Positions 12,076 through 25,662 are shown, counted from the whole stretch's first letter. The stretch: 63,817 bases of DNA, filler included, from Octopus bimaculoides (GCF_001194135.2; 6 parts of 5 records of this genome joined end to end with filler, not necessarily neighbours in it), one strand, 5' to 3'. The notes: generated from the sequence alone by a model not told the origin. Translations and numbers: made by a program.

Positions 12076-13221
12076 ATATATCAGACAAGTGGCAAATTGA
12101 GCTGGTCAGTAGTGCTCCATTTACCTTAACATCCTGGATTTAGTGCCCTTCAACTTCCACTTGTTTTGTCCTATGAAGAATAGTCTTTAGGGACAATAAT
12201 TTGATGACGTAGATGAGATAAAAGTGGCTGTAAAGAAGATGTATGCAATAGTACACACCTGAATTTTTGTCAAAGAGGATTTGGGAGGCTTGTGTATAGT
12301 GATCAAGTCTACAGATTTGATGTTGTTATCATCACCATTATTTAACATCTGTCTACTTCACTGGCATGGGTTGAATGGTTTGAGAAGATTTGACAAGTCA
12401 AAGGACTGAAATTGAGTTCCAGTGTTTGCATTTGGCATGGTTTCTGTGGTTGGGATGCCTTTCTTTAATGCCAGACATTAATTCAAAGGACTACTTACAA
12501 GAGATTTTTGTGTTAATAATGTTTGTTTTCACACTTTTACTACTAGCACTCTCACAGCGAGCTGTTGTGTGCTCTGTAGGCAAGAACAGACCAAGACTTT
12601 ATAACCATTGCAGTAGTTGATCAGTAGACATTGAGAGTATAATGTGTGTCCTCCTATTTTAGGTGATGCCATGGAGCACCTAATCAGCATTGGATGGCTT
12701 GACACATCTGAATTCATCTGTCATTTTATTTTTGTTTACACATTTTATTTTTCACTTCACTGACTGTCCAGAAATCACTCTCCCATCAAACAAGCTTGTG
12801 GAGTTTTGCCAATTTCATTGCCAATAGCCTAACTATACACAGGTTTACTTGGATACTTAATCCTTTAGTATTTAAACCTGCCATGACTGGCCCAAAAGTT
12901 CTGCTTGTTTTATGTTTGAACCAGCCAGATCTGATTTCTCACACCTACCCTACAATGTCATTCTAAGAATAAGAAATCCAATCATCAAAATCTTGACGCT
13001 ATAAGACAATGCATGATTACTTTCAAACAATCTGAATAAACAAACATTATGTTTTGATAAAGTAATCTGAATGCTAAGGGGCTAACCTAGTTTTTGTAGA
13101 TGCTACATCAAAGAAGCTTAATTGAGATCTTGCTCACAATAACAAAAGATGTATTAGGTACTAATGTTCGATATGATATTCAGATATTATCACTAAATAT
13201 AATATTGATTTATTTTTCCAG

Positions 13222-13259
13222 TTATTCATGCAAAGAGTAAAAATACAGAATTAAAACAA
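13222..13259 (+). CDS. TMEM256: TMEM256 coding exon 2 (38 nt)
   Basis: tatttttccAG acceptor and GTGAGT donor at 13260. Length converts phase 1 to phase 0 as needed to join exon 1 to exon 3; encodes (V)IHAKSKNTELKQ. Confidence 0.75.
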
Positions 13260-14912
13260 GTGAGTGATATTTTTGATTCATTTTTTAATTCTATATGTTG
13301 TAACTATACATAGAAATATTCTGTAAAAAAAAAAAGAAGTCTACAGAACTATGAAGATATAAATGAAATTTGTTTATACTGAGTGAGAGTTTAATTAGAG
13401 TATACACTCAGTCAATGTGTATGGTTATAAGTAAACCGTCAGTGTTTTATGGTCTTTTTATGATGATGGATGAGATGGATTTATTACACTGTATTTTTTC
13501 CGTGCAAGTTAGTCTGATGTCATCTCTGAGAAGCTAGTATTTTAAGATATGACTTTACTACTTTTCCAAAGTCTATCTTTCTTTTACCACCTGTTCTGCA
13601 GTTTTTCACTCCTTTATCTTACATTATCATCCTGTGCTCTTATAGATATAAAGCAACACCTTCTATAATACTACCTCTTCACTACTACTAATAAACACAA
13701 TTCAAAGCCATTACACACATTACAGATGTAAAGTTTTACACTAATCAACAGCAGTCATTTGACCTGTTAAAACTAGCCATTAAATTTCTCTCAAATCATG
13801 ATATAAGGAATACACTGGATTATGTAGTCCTAGATAAATAAAAAGAGATGGTATAATCATATTGACACTTTCGATCGTAGGCCTGCTCTATTAGAATGAT
13901 TCTAAGGCTAAACTATTATCACCTTTAATTGCAATCGTGCATCTATCACATAGTGAAGACTCTTACAAAAGCTAGATTTCCTTTTTAGAGCCTGAAAATT
14001 CAGTTCTGAACAGTTGTTCACTGTAACCCTAGGTAGTCATTATTCATTGTATCAAAGTACCATTCTCATATCTTCCTAATACCAACTACTCCACAGAGTA
14101 TACTAGGTTCTTTTTTCATGGCACTAGCTCTAGTGAGGTCACCATCTGCAATTATGCTTTCTTAATTGAATTTGCAAAACGAGTAAGCATTTGATAGACA
14201 AGTCTTCCCCGACTATTTTCACTGACGCTAAGTGTATTTTACCATCTATTACTGCTGCTGCAGCAGTTTAAAATTGCTGACTGTATGCACATCATCCAAC
14301 TAAACCAATCATGATCTCAATCTCTCTCAGTTCACTCTCAACTGTCTTTAAGAAAGGAAGGAAGGAACTATTGGATCATCAAACCTAGATAGACAAAAAG
14401 ACAAGGCATCAAGGTCCAAATATGGTTATTGATGTGCACTTTCAAGACTAACCTGGGATGAAACAACAACAACTACAACATAATGTCATTATACCAATCT
14501 ATCTTTCTTCTGTCTCATTGACTCTTTAAATTACACCTAAGAATTGCAAAACACTCCTTCTCAACCAATAGTAACATATTGGAATTTAAACTGGGCATTA
14601 ATTAATCATCCTCACTTAATTATCCTTATTCTACTCTGCATCATATTTGTTATTTAACATCCCTTTTTCCAGGCTGGCATGGATTGGACATTGTGACATG
14701 AACTTGCAAGCCAGAGCACCAATGTCTGCTTTGACATGTTTCTACAGCTGGATACTCTTCCTAATGCCAACCACCCCACAGAATGTACTGGGTTCCTTAA
14801 GGACAGCTCCCTGAACTGAGCGGGGTATAGTATTGAGGAATATGAAAAATGATAGAGGGACAGGAGCAAGTGTCTTGTTGAAGAGGTGAATACATGGCTT
14901 CCCATCTGGAAT

Positions 14913-14917
<5 letters not shown>

Positions 14918-14987
<70 letters not shown>
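14918..14987. repeat. (GA)n microsatellite, representative of many others: (TATG)n/(CA)n 23940-24125, 25290-25790, 33860-34030, 54190-54470, 54920-55090; (ATT)n 38742-38810, 41010-41087, 41340-41408, 43385-43510, 44350-44433; (GAGT)n 38810-38945; (GAT)n 47180-47250
   Basis: Direct inspection. Confidence 0.97.
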
Positions 14988-14990
<3 letters not shown>

Positions 14991-15236
14991 TAAGGTCAAG
15001 GAACAAGGTGAATATGAGAGACAGAATAGGACAGAAGAATAGTGAAGGTGGGTGAGTAACCTAGAGTGGAATTAGTCTGACAGGTGATTAAACATGGGAC
15101 AATGTCTCATTTACTCAGACTTAATAAACTGTGTACCATTGTAGGAATCTCCCATGTATTCATTGGTCATTATCATTGATATTCAGTTCTTTTCTCACTT
15201 TTATTTTACAACAAGTATATTCTGTTTATATTTTAG

Positions 15237-15317
15237 GTCTTTGACACAGGAAACAGTATGCATCTGCTTCATTCAGTGGCTTTGTTGACTGTACCTTTAA
15301 CAAGACGACCTAATCTT
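15237..15317 (+). CDS. TMEM256: TMEM256 coding exon 3
   Basis: ttttAG acceptor, GTAAGT donor, 81 nt; VFDTGNSMHLLHSVALLTVPLTRRPNL matches the family motif F..AN.YH..HSLALL.VP..R.P. Confidence 0.92.
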
Positions 15318-15840
15318 GTAAGTAAATATTAATTTGTCACTTTGTTCTCTAAAGCAATATTTTAAATCTTGAATGTCTCATTCATTTTTATATTCCTCAA
15401 CCGGTTTGTATTGTTTTTGACCAAACATCGAATATTAGAATGCGATTTTGCACTAATTATGGTCTTAGAATATACTGGTATGTGTGTATGTGTGGCAGAA
15501 GTGTTAAAGCTGCTCCCTCTACTGAAGGGGATTGGCCTGCAAGAGTCCTGTGCTGGTGCCACATAAAAAGCTCCCTTAGCATTCTGTTATTGAACATTGA
15601 TTTGTTCATGTCTTTTTTCTCTGGATGTCTACTATATCAGGATTTTAACCGACATAGATCTATGCAGGATTGCACCTAAGGACTTATGCTCTTGTTTCTA
15701 CAACTCTAACAAGTTGAACTATGAACTTTTATGCTTCTTTTTTCTTCTTTCTTTCCAACTCCTTATTCTTTTACTCCTTTCCTCTATGTCGTCATCTCAT
15801 TAATATATACCATTCTCATTTTCCTTATTTTTCCCTATTT

Positions 15841-15896
15841 GTCTCTGATGACGGAATATCCCATACTCAGGGATATTCCAGAAATAGCTGTAAGTC
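15841..15896 (+). ncRNA. Type I minimal hammerhead ribozyme motif in a PLE-derived fragment, TMEM256 intron 3
   Basis: GTCT-CTGATGA-C-GGAATATCCC-ATACTCA-GGGATATTCC-A-GAAA-TAGCT-GTA-AGTC: intact core, perfect 10-bp helix II, GUA cleavage triplet. Activity untested. Confidence 0.75.
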
Positions 15897-18800
15897 TGAA
15901 TTTTTTTCCAATAATAATACTGTATACGGCTTGAGATGTTTGCCTTGCCTTAATGTTTATTGTCCTCTTTAACAATTATATATTCGTTGCATCGGAAATC
16001 TGCAATGACTCCATAACTACCATCTTGGCTATAACCTTGGAGCCCTAGTAATCCGTTACAGCACTTACCTAGTGTACCTAATCATTTAGCTCACCTGTGA
16101 ACTAAACCTCCATATTTTGTATATCATCGTCATTCATCATCATCATCATTTAACGTCTGCTTTCCATTCTGGCATGGGTTGGACAGTTTGACTGAGGACT
16201 GGTGAGCCAGAGGCTGCACCAGGCTCAATCTGATCTGGCAGAGTTTCTACAGCTGGATGCCCTTCCTAACGCCAACCACTCCGAGAGTGTTAGTGGCTGC
16301 TTTTACACGCCACCAGCATGCGGGCCAGTCAGGAAGTTCTGGCAATGACCACACTCAAAAGGTGTTTTTTACGTGCTACCTGCACAGGAGCCAGTTTGGT
16401 GGCACTGGCAACGACCACGCTCGAATATTGTTTTTCACGTGCCGGTAAGGCAATGCTGGTAATGATCATGCTCGAATGGTGCCACCAGCATGGGAGCCAA
16501 TCTGTGGCCCTGGCAATGATCATGCTCGGATGTGCTTTTAACGTTCCACTGGCACTAGTGCCAATCAGGCGGTTCCGTCATTGACCACGTCAGCGATTTT
16601 GATTTGCCTCAATAGGTCTTTGCAAGCAAAGTTCATTTTCCAATGAATGAGGGGTACTCATAAGTGGGCTGGTTACACCCACTGGCATAGGCTATGGGCT
16701 ATGGTCTCACTTGGCTTGTCGGGTCTTCTGATGCACAGCATATCTCCAAAGGTCTTGGTCACTAGTCATTGCCTCAGTAAGGCCCAATGTTCGAAGGTCG
16801 TGCTTCACCATCTCTTTCCTGGGTCTACCTCTTCCACAGGTTTCCTCAACTGCTAGGGTATGACACTTTTTCACACAACCATCCTCATTCATTCGCAACA
16901 CATGACCAANNNNNNNNNNNNNNNNNNNNNNNNNNNNNNNNNNNNNNNNNNNNNNNNNNNNNNNNNNNNNNNNNNNNNNNNNNNNNNNNNNNNNNNNNNN
17001 NNNNNNNNNNNNNNNNNNNNNNNNNNNNNNNNNNNNNNNNNNNNNNNNNNNNNNNNNNNNNNNNNNNNNNNNNNNNNNNNNNNNNNNNNNNNNNNNNNNN
17101 NNNNNNNNNNNNNNNNNNNNNNNNNNNNNNNNNNNNNNNNNNNNNNNNNNNNNNNNNNNNNNNNNNNNNNNNNNNNNNNNNNNNNNNNNNNNNNNNNNNN
17201 NNNNNNNNNNNNNNNNNNNNNNNNNNNNNNNNNNNNNNNNNNNNNNNNNNNNNNNNNNNNNNNNNNNNNNNNNNNNNNNNAAGAGTGGGTATGTGAGAGA
17301 AAGAGGGAGATGATGTACAACTTTGTTTAACCATGTCTCTGACAAAAATTCCTGTTGCCAACATACTGAACACTATCATTTTTGTTTTATGTTTTGCTTT
17401 CTTTAATATATACCCCCCCCCACACACACACACGCACACACACAATACACTTTAATTAAAATAAAGTTTCCCCAAAATTAAACATATCTAATATAATAAA
17501 TGTCAGTGTGTTGCAGTTTTTCAACTTTAATAAATCCTTTCTACTGGAAGCACAAGGCTTCAAATTTTGGGGAAAAGGATTAAGTTCATTACATCAACCC
17601 CGGTACATAACTGGTACTAATTTTATCGACTCTGGAAGGATGAAAAGCAAAGTCGACCTTGGTGGAATTCAAACTCAAAACCTAACAGCAGACAAAATAC
17701 CGCTAAGCATTTTGCCTGGCATGCTAATGATTCTGCCAGCTCGCTGCCTTAATATAATATAATAATATAATATTATATAATAAATGTGAATGTCAGTGTG
17801 TCACACATTTTCAACTTTACTCCTAGAGGCCATAGCACCACATATCATACTATTTTGGATACAAACACCAACATATACACACACACACATATATCATCAT
17901 CGTCATCATCGTTTAACGTCCGCTTTCCATGCTAGCATGGGTTGGACGATTTGACTGAGGACTGGTGAAACCGGATGGCAACACCAGGCTTATATATATA
18001 TATATATATATATATATAACGACGGGCTTCTTTCAGTTTCCGTCTACCAAATCCACTCATAAGGCTTTGGTCGGCCCGAGGCTATAGTAGAAGACACTTG
18101 CCCAAGGTGCCACGCAGTGGGACTGAACCCGGAAGCATGTGGTTTGTAAGCAAGCTACTTACCACACAGCCACTCCTACGCCTAGACAAATTTTGTTGAG
18201 TGATGTGTAGTCTAGACAAGTGATTGTAATCTAGACAAATTTTGTTGAGTGACAGTAAAAAGTGTTTGAAGTGCTAGATGTGATGGTGACATGAAATAGG
18301 AAGTTAGGTCTGAAGGTATTAGGTCTGATATGAAATGACACAAATGATACTAGATCCCCCATTGATGAGTATTCACTTGTTTGATCAACTGGATGGCCTA
18401 CTCTTCAAATTTATGTTAACATGTTGCATCTCAAGTGTCATTTCTCTTTGTGTCCCAGGGTCCCAATATGACATCTTAATTAATATCGATGTGAGTACCA
18501 TGATATTTTCACTATACCATATGTGAAGCAAAGATCACATACAGAAGTAACAATGACAATTCAATGCCAACAAGACCTAGGAGAGGAAAGTCTCAAGAAA
18601 ATATGATAGGCCACACTTTGAGACAGTCCCGTAATAATGGAGAAAAGTTATTGATGGTCTATGCTCTACAGGGGACAAAGGTCATAAGTGAGGTCTTCTG
18701 CTATGAACTACTTTTGCTACCATGGAACAGTCATCGTCATTTAACATCTGTTTTCCATGCTGGCATGGATTGGATGCTGTGACAGGAGTTGGCCAAGTGG

Positions 18801-19939
18801 ATAACTGTACCAGACTCCAATTGTCTGTTTTGGCATGGTTTCTATGGCTGGATGCCTTTCCTAACACCGTCCACTTTACACAATGTACTTGGTGTTATTG
18901 TATGTGGCATCAGCATGGGTGCTTTTTACATAGCACCAAAAGGGTTGCTTTTTGCATACCACCAGCACCCATGAGCTTGCATGATAAGGACCTCTTGGCT
19001 GTAAGAAAGGGAGTGGGGCTCATGACTGTAAAGAACATGCTTGTATGTATGTATGGTCATGATTTTTACTTAGCTTGATGTGTCTTCTCAAGCACAGCTA
19101 ACCACCAGAAATTTTGGTCCCTTGTCATCTCCTCAGTGAGGCCCAACATCTAAAGATCCTTTCTCTGTGTCTACCCCTTCCACAGGTTCCCTCCACAGTC
19201 AGCACTTCTTTACACAACTGTCCTCATCCGTACATACCATGTGACCATACCAGTGCAGTCTTCACTCTTGCACACCATAACTGATGCCTCTTATACCCAA
19301 TTTTTCTCTTAAATCATTTACAGTCTGTTGTATGTGCATACTGACATTATCTATCTAGTAGAGAATACTAGTTTCATTTCTTTCAAGCCTTCACATGTCC
19401 TCTGTAGTCACAGCCCATGTTTTACTGCTATGTAGTATAGTTGCATATACACAAGCATCATACAATCTGCCTTTCACTCTCAGGCAGAGAGGCCCTTTGT
19501 TACCAAGAAAGGTTATAACTCTCTGATCTTAGCCCAGCCTATTCTTATTCTAGCAAATATGCTTTCAGAACTTCCTCCTCTACTACTAACTTGGTCACCC
19601 AAGTTACAGAAGCTGTCTACTACTTCTAAGGATATCCCTTGGACATTTGAGGAAGTCTGTTCTCTGTACATTTAAAATGTGAATGGTGATGATGAGAACA
19701 AATATCATATCAGTATATTAACCTTTAGCATGCTGTTAGTACATCATGTTGCCATATGAGTTTTCTCCTCTCTCAATGCAACACAATATACCTGCTGCTA
19801 CAAGGGGGAAAACTTGTATGGCAACATGAGGCACCTAAGCATGCTAAAGGTTCATGTAAAAGTTATTGTTTTTGTTTTAATTTTTGTTTTTAGCTTGTAG
19901 CATTTTAATGACATTTTTATTTTTCTTTGAAATTTTCAG

Positions 19940-20083
19940 ACTGGTTACTTGCTCACAACTGGAATGTTGCTGTTTTCAGGCACTTGTTACTACCATGCAT
20001 TAACTGATGATAAAAGACTGCGGATATTCACACCCTATGGTGGAATGTTTCTTATTCTGGGTTGGATTATCATAGCAGCCTAA
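19940..20083 (+). CDS. TMEM256: TMEM256 coding exon 4 (terminal)
   Basis: ttttcAG acceptor; TGYLLTTGMLLFSGTCYYHALTDDKRLRIFTPYGGMFLILGWIIIAA-stop, with the family LFSG..Y..AL and TP.GG..LI.GW motifs. Joined CDS = 145 aa. Confidence 0.93.
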   Translation, partial: TGYLLTTGMLLFSGTCYYHALTDDKRLRIFTPYGGMFLILGWIIIAA

Positions 20084-20184
20084 TTAAAAAAATCGACTAT
20101 TAGAGAAAATAATCCCTAGTATTCCAAGAGAACTGTAAGAGTCAATTCTGTGGAAAAAAAAAAAAAATGAAATGAGATATGCTG

Positions 20185-20463
20185 AATAAAATTAAATTTG
20201 ATGTTTTAGGTGGTGTCTTTCATCGAACTTTGATAAAGAGTACTTTCGAAAGTATTAGATATCTCCCGTTATATACATTTATCTACTTTTAGAGAAACTT
20301 GCTTCTCTGGCTGAACATTATCCTCATATGTTTATATTTTGTAACTTCTTTTCGCATTTTTAACATAAAAAATGAAAACGGAAAAATAATTAACTGAAAT
20401 AATTCTTATTTAATCATGAACGTTATTGATATTTTCTTACAGGAAAATTTTTGTTTAAATAAA
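20185..20463 (+). promoter_or_regulatory. Two candidate polyadenylation signals for TMEM256 (AATAAA at 20185-20190 and 20458-20463)
   Basis: Each AATAAA is followed by a T/GT-rich tract. No transcript evidence. Confidence 0.45.
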
Positions 20464-23400
20464 AATTAAAAAAATAACTAATATTATAAACTGTTTGTTT
20501 TTATTTAAATTCTAATATGTCTGCGAGACTGAGTTTTTGTTTGGTTGATTAGTTAGTTGGTAATACTGGCAATTCTGTAAGTGCGTTGAAGAAAAGAAAT
20601 AAGAATGAAGTGAAATCAATGAATAATCTCGGACAAAGATTTAATGTTTGTCAGATTTTATGGAAGTCCACACAACTACATGAATATAGAGCTTAATGTT
20701 AAGAGACAGACAGACCAGAAGCTGACCTGGAGTAGTGAGGGCTTTTCATTGTTGAGGTTGCAAATGGCATTGTAAGGACTTTGACAATTGTAACTGATTG
20801 ATTGATTAACCAAATGAATAGTGGTACAATTGACTAGTTAATTGGTTAACCAACTGACAAATAATAAAGAAGTGAAATAGAACTGGTACATGTGTTTATT
20901 ATTAGCATAAAGATTATCTCAAAATACAAAAAAAGATATTGGAAACTTGACATTTTCATCTTTTCTAGAATATTTTGCAACTTAGAATAGTTTTGACTGA
21001 GAATCAAAACTGTTGTTCTTTTTGCTCAACATTTTGTAAAATCAATATAAAATTGGCTGAAGAGTGGCTAACTCTTATGAGAATGAGTTTGACTATAACT
21101 TAAATTGGTGTATGATTACCACACGAGGACCATAACCTGGTTCTAAAATCACGTAAGACAGATTAATTTTATTCTTTCTGAGAATATATTTTAATAGAGG
21201 GAAGTCCAATGAAACTCTATGTAGCAGCCCCTCTGTGTCACTCATTCAAAGTGATATACTATTGATATTAAAGTCTGAAACTTAGAGACCAAACATTCCT
21301 TTGTGCAATGGTTGGTTGGAAGGTAGTAAGGAAAAGTACTGAATTGACTTGCATTTTTACCTAATATGTGTCCTGCTAAAATCTACATTATCCTCCTCTT
21401 TCCTGACACCTCACCATCATGATGAAAGATGACAACTATTATCTTATTACTAGTATCTCCTCTCCAAGTAACTCCAGAGTATTCCATGCAGGATGACAAA
21501 ATCCTCCTTGGTAACTTGAATTCCAAAGTCTGGTAGTTTTATTGCATGAGAAATATTATAACATGAGACTTCACAGTTGGAACATGAATAAAATGGACAG
21601 ATGTTATTGAAGTAGTTCTCTGTTGGTTATAGCATGCATGTATACTCCTAGTTTGCTAGCACTGAGTGTTTCAAAATCGTCGAAATGCGTGCTTTTTACA
21701 GGTTGCTGATATTATCAGCATTCTTTGGTTAACAGGTACAGATTACATTCCTGTGATATCATGAACAGTAGGTTGTGTTTTTTGTAGAATATAACACCAA
21801 GCATGTTTACGTGTGAGTGGCATGATGAAAAGAAGCTGAAACCATTGATTTGCCCCTACCTCAAAAACTGCTGGCCGTGTGCCAAAATTTGAAATCATTA
21901 TTTCAAATAGTAGGGTAAGAGTGAAAAAGATCTGGTTGCTCTTTCTAGTAGGTTAAGCAGCCCTAGTGTCTCTATGTATTACAGGTGATATAATTCATCA
22001 GTCCTATTTTATAATTTTTACAATTTTAAATTCCCAAATACAATATGAAAAATCATGATTGAATCAGAGCAATAATCAAAGTTAGACTCAGTAAAAGTAG
22101 TAAAGTTGGTGTTAATATATTTAATGCAAAAAACATTAAAAAGCTAACTATGAAGAGTTATGCAGTGATGAAAAGCAGTAATATTCAATAATGTTTTAAA
22201 TCAGTGTTTCTCAACCTTTTTTAAAATATGGGTCCCTTTGATATCTATTTTACTTGGATAGACTCTCTTAGCCATCTGATGTTTATAAAAAAATCATATA
22301 GGCACAGGAATGGCTGTGTGGTAAGTAGCTTGCTTACCAACCACATCGTTCCGGGTTCAGTCCCACTGTGTGGCACCTTGGGCAAGTGTCTTTTACTATA
22401 GCCTTGGACCGACCAAAGCCTTGTGAGTGGAATTGGTAGACTTAAACTGAAAGAAGCCCGTCGTATATATATGGTACGTAGGTTAATCGTTTTTTAATTT
22501 AGTATTTTTTCATTTGTCTTGCTCGTTTACAGTCTGTTGTGTCGGTAAATTTTCTACTGAGAACATATTTTTTCGTGGTTAGATGATTCGGCATCTNNNN
22601 NNNNNNTGTATGTATGTGTGTTTGTGTGTCTGTGTTTGTCCCCCCACCATCGCTTGACAACCGATGCTGGTGTGTTTACATCCCCGTAACTTAGTGGTTC
22701 GGCAAAAAGAGAACAATAGAATAAGTACTAGGCTTACAAAGAATAAGTCCTGGAGTCGATTTTCTCGACTAAAGGCGGTGCTCCAGTATGGCCGCAGTCA
22801 AATGACTGAAGCAAGTAAAAGAGTAAAAGGAGAGTATACTATATTTTTATTATTAAATATTAGGAATTGAATAGAAAAAACTTTAAATATTTTGTGCATT
22901 GTATAACTGATTTATTGCAGATAAATGTTAACAACAAAATCTTATATGAATCCTAGTTGAGAACCACTGTTTTAAAAGAATAAATCAAAAATCATTTTTG
23001 TTAATAACTTATTTGCTAAAATACAAGAGTGAAGAAATATTTGCTTTTTCTTTGTGAGAAAATTGTTAATAAAGGAGGTACAGGATTATGAGCGATATGG
23101 CATTAAAGGGAAATAACTTGCAGTAGGAAAATAGGCTTTGTACAATATACTGCACTTCGTTCAGTACAATAAAATGAAGTTTTCAGTAGCGCCTAAAGAG
23201 ATTCTGAGATTCTGAAGGCTCGTATATGGTTGTTGAGTCTCATACAAAAGATGATTTTACAGTGAAATAATTACTGTTGAAAAATGAAATTGTATTATGG
23301 CTTTGGTACATCAAGAAGATGCAATCTTTGTGAGTGTTTGTTGAATACAAAATGAATAAATACAATAAATACATATTTTACACAACTTCATTCTAAAATG

Positions 23401-23821
23401 GATTGAAAAATTCGAAGGTTTGTTTTGGTACAGTGGCAGAATGCCTGTCATGGCTAGAGGAGATGTGGATTCGAGTCCCATGAGCAGTCTTCGTTATTCT
23501 ATCCAAAAAGGTTTTCCAGCCCAATATTTATGTGCTGTTATTTTATAGCTTTATGTGTAGGCTTCAGGATACCCCACGCCCGCCAAATTTAGTTTAAGTT
23601 CTCTCGAAAGTTTATAAAACTCTTATGACGTCATATATATATATATATATATGAGAGGTTTTGGTATCCAGAAGACCCTAAATCAAGGTAAGGTTATACA
23701 AGTGCTACGGAAGGACCGCTGTTAGACTCCTAGTTCGATAATAGTATGCGTGAGGAGTCAAATGCGGGTCATGTGTATATGTTAAATAAAATAGGGACAA
23801 CAAAGTCAAAACTCTCATATC

Positions 23822-23869
23822 GTCTCTGATGATGGGACATCCTTTATATCCCCGAAAAAGCTGTAAGAC
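23822..23869 (+). ncRNA. Minimal hammerhead motif, same GAAACAGCTGTAAGAC-type family as 15841
   Basis: GTCT-CTGATGA-T-GGGA-CATCCTTTATA-TCCC-C-GAAA-AAGCT-GTA-AGAC; helix I GTCT/AGAC perfect. Confidence 0.7.
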
Positions 23870-24064
23870 TACCTTTCGCTTTATAAATGTCTTAGAAATT
23901 TCACACTGCCTTGATTCTGTTGTCTTATTTTATTTAACACACACACACACATGCATACGCACGCACACACACACACACACACACACATACACACACATGC
24001 ATACGCACACACACATATACACACATACACACACATAGATACATACACACAAATATATGCATGC

Positions 24065-24099
<35 letters not shown>

Positions 24100-25175
24100 T
24101 GTATGTATGTATGTATGTATGTATGTGCTCACAGAGGCAATGACAAACGACCGAGACCTTTGGAGATATGCTGTGATTAAGAAGAAGACCCGGGAAGTCA
24201 AGTGAGATCGTAACTGTGGCCGATGCCAGTGTCGCATAACCGCCCCGTTTAAAAGCATCCTTCAATCGTCGGGCAACATGCTGTACTTGAAAAGACGTGT
24301 TAAGTCAAGCGAAATCGTTGTCGTGGCTGATGCCGGTGCCACCTGACTGGCACCCATACCGGCGGCACGTAAAATGCACCATTCGAACGTGGTCGGTGCC
24401 AGTGCCGCCTATGTGGATCCCGTGCCGCTGGCACATAAAAACCACCATTCGAGCGTGGTTGATGCCAATGCCGCCTGACTGGCTCCGTGCCGGTGGCACG
24501 TAAAAAGTACCATTGGAGCATGGTCGATGCCAGTGCCGCCTGGTTGGCGTTAGGAAGGGCATCCAGATGTAGAAACCTTGCCAGATCAAATTGGAACCTG
24601 GTCCAGCCTCCTGGCCTGCAAATCCTCAGTCAAACCGTCCAACTCAGGCCAGCTTGGAAAGCGGACGTTAAACGACGATGATGATGATATGTATGAAATT
24701 CATTAAGGCGACATAGTGATTTAAAAAAGGTATAACTCTTCTGTTAGTAAATATGTTTTTTCTTACACACACACACACACACACTGACCCGTTTGATTAA
24801 AAATTACAAATATGTTTTGTTGTTGCTTAAATACTAACAATGGACTGCCGCATGATCATTCCAGAAAATGTGTTTATGGGTAGAAAAATATTGCAAAGCA
24901 TCAATATATGTCACAGTGAGAAAGAAACGAGTAAGGTAGCAGGTAGTCGTGGGAAAAAAAACTACTGAATCTCCCTTAAATACCTTTTAAAACTACGATG
25001 AAAAAAAAAAGAATTTAAAGAAAAAACGCCGAAATTTTAGGATTTATGGAAGGACAGAGTTAACTATTGTTTTTAAATTACGTTTCGTTTTCTGTTTGAA
25101 AATAAAGGAAGTGGGGCTTGTAATGGTAAACCCCAATTTCCAAACAACTTTTTTTTAAACCTTCAAGGTTTCTCG

Positions 25176-25275
25176 NNNNNNNNNNNNNNNNNNNNNNNNN
25201 NNNNNNNNNNNNNNNNNNNTTAATTAATTAANNNNNNNNNNNNNNNNNNNNNNNNNNNNNNNNNNNNNNNNNNNN
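25176..25275. other. Artificial scaffold-joining spacer (also 31540-31639, 44250-44349, 57449-57548, 59944-60043)
   Basis: Exactly 44 N + TTAATTAATTAA (palindromic, stop in all six frames) + 44 N, identical at five sites. Confidence 0.97.
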
Positions 25276-25545
25276 CATATACATACATACGTATGTATGT
25301 ATGTATGTATGTATGTATTGTATTTATGAATGTATGTATGTGTGTACATACACACATGCATACATACCACCGAGATCTGCAACCGCGGTCGGCTTCACAC
25401 ACACACCTTTCTTTTATAATTTACATATGTATGTATGTAAGGATGGATGGATGTATACATGCATATCTATCGAAGTTCCTAAAAATAAAAAGAATTCCGT
25501 AAACAACACACACCTACATACGCACATACACAAAAACACACGCGT

Positions 25546-25586
<41 letters not shown>

Positions 25587-25629
25587 CACAGGCATACATA
25601 CACACACATACATACATAAATACATACAC

Positions 25630-25662
<33 letters not shown>

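Noticed and set aside
23426-23480. tRNA-like sequence (TGGTACAGTGG...GGATTCGAGTCCC)
   Set aside because: A/B-box-like motifs but no convincing acceptor or anticodon stems; more likely a decayed SINE head.
24320-24545. CRISPR-like repeat/spacer appearance
   Set aside because: Degenerate tandem units without unique spacers, inside a eukaryotic RTE 3' end; no cas genes.
25220-25231. Recurring TTAATTAATTAA palindrome as a biological motif (piggyBac TTAA or homeobox site)
   Set aside because: Always centred in exactly 44+44 N; an assembly linker.
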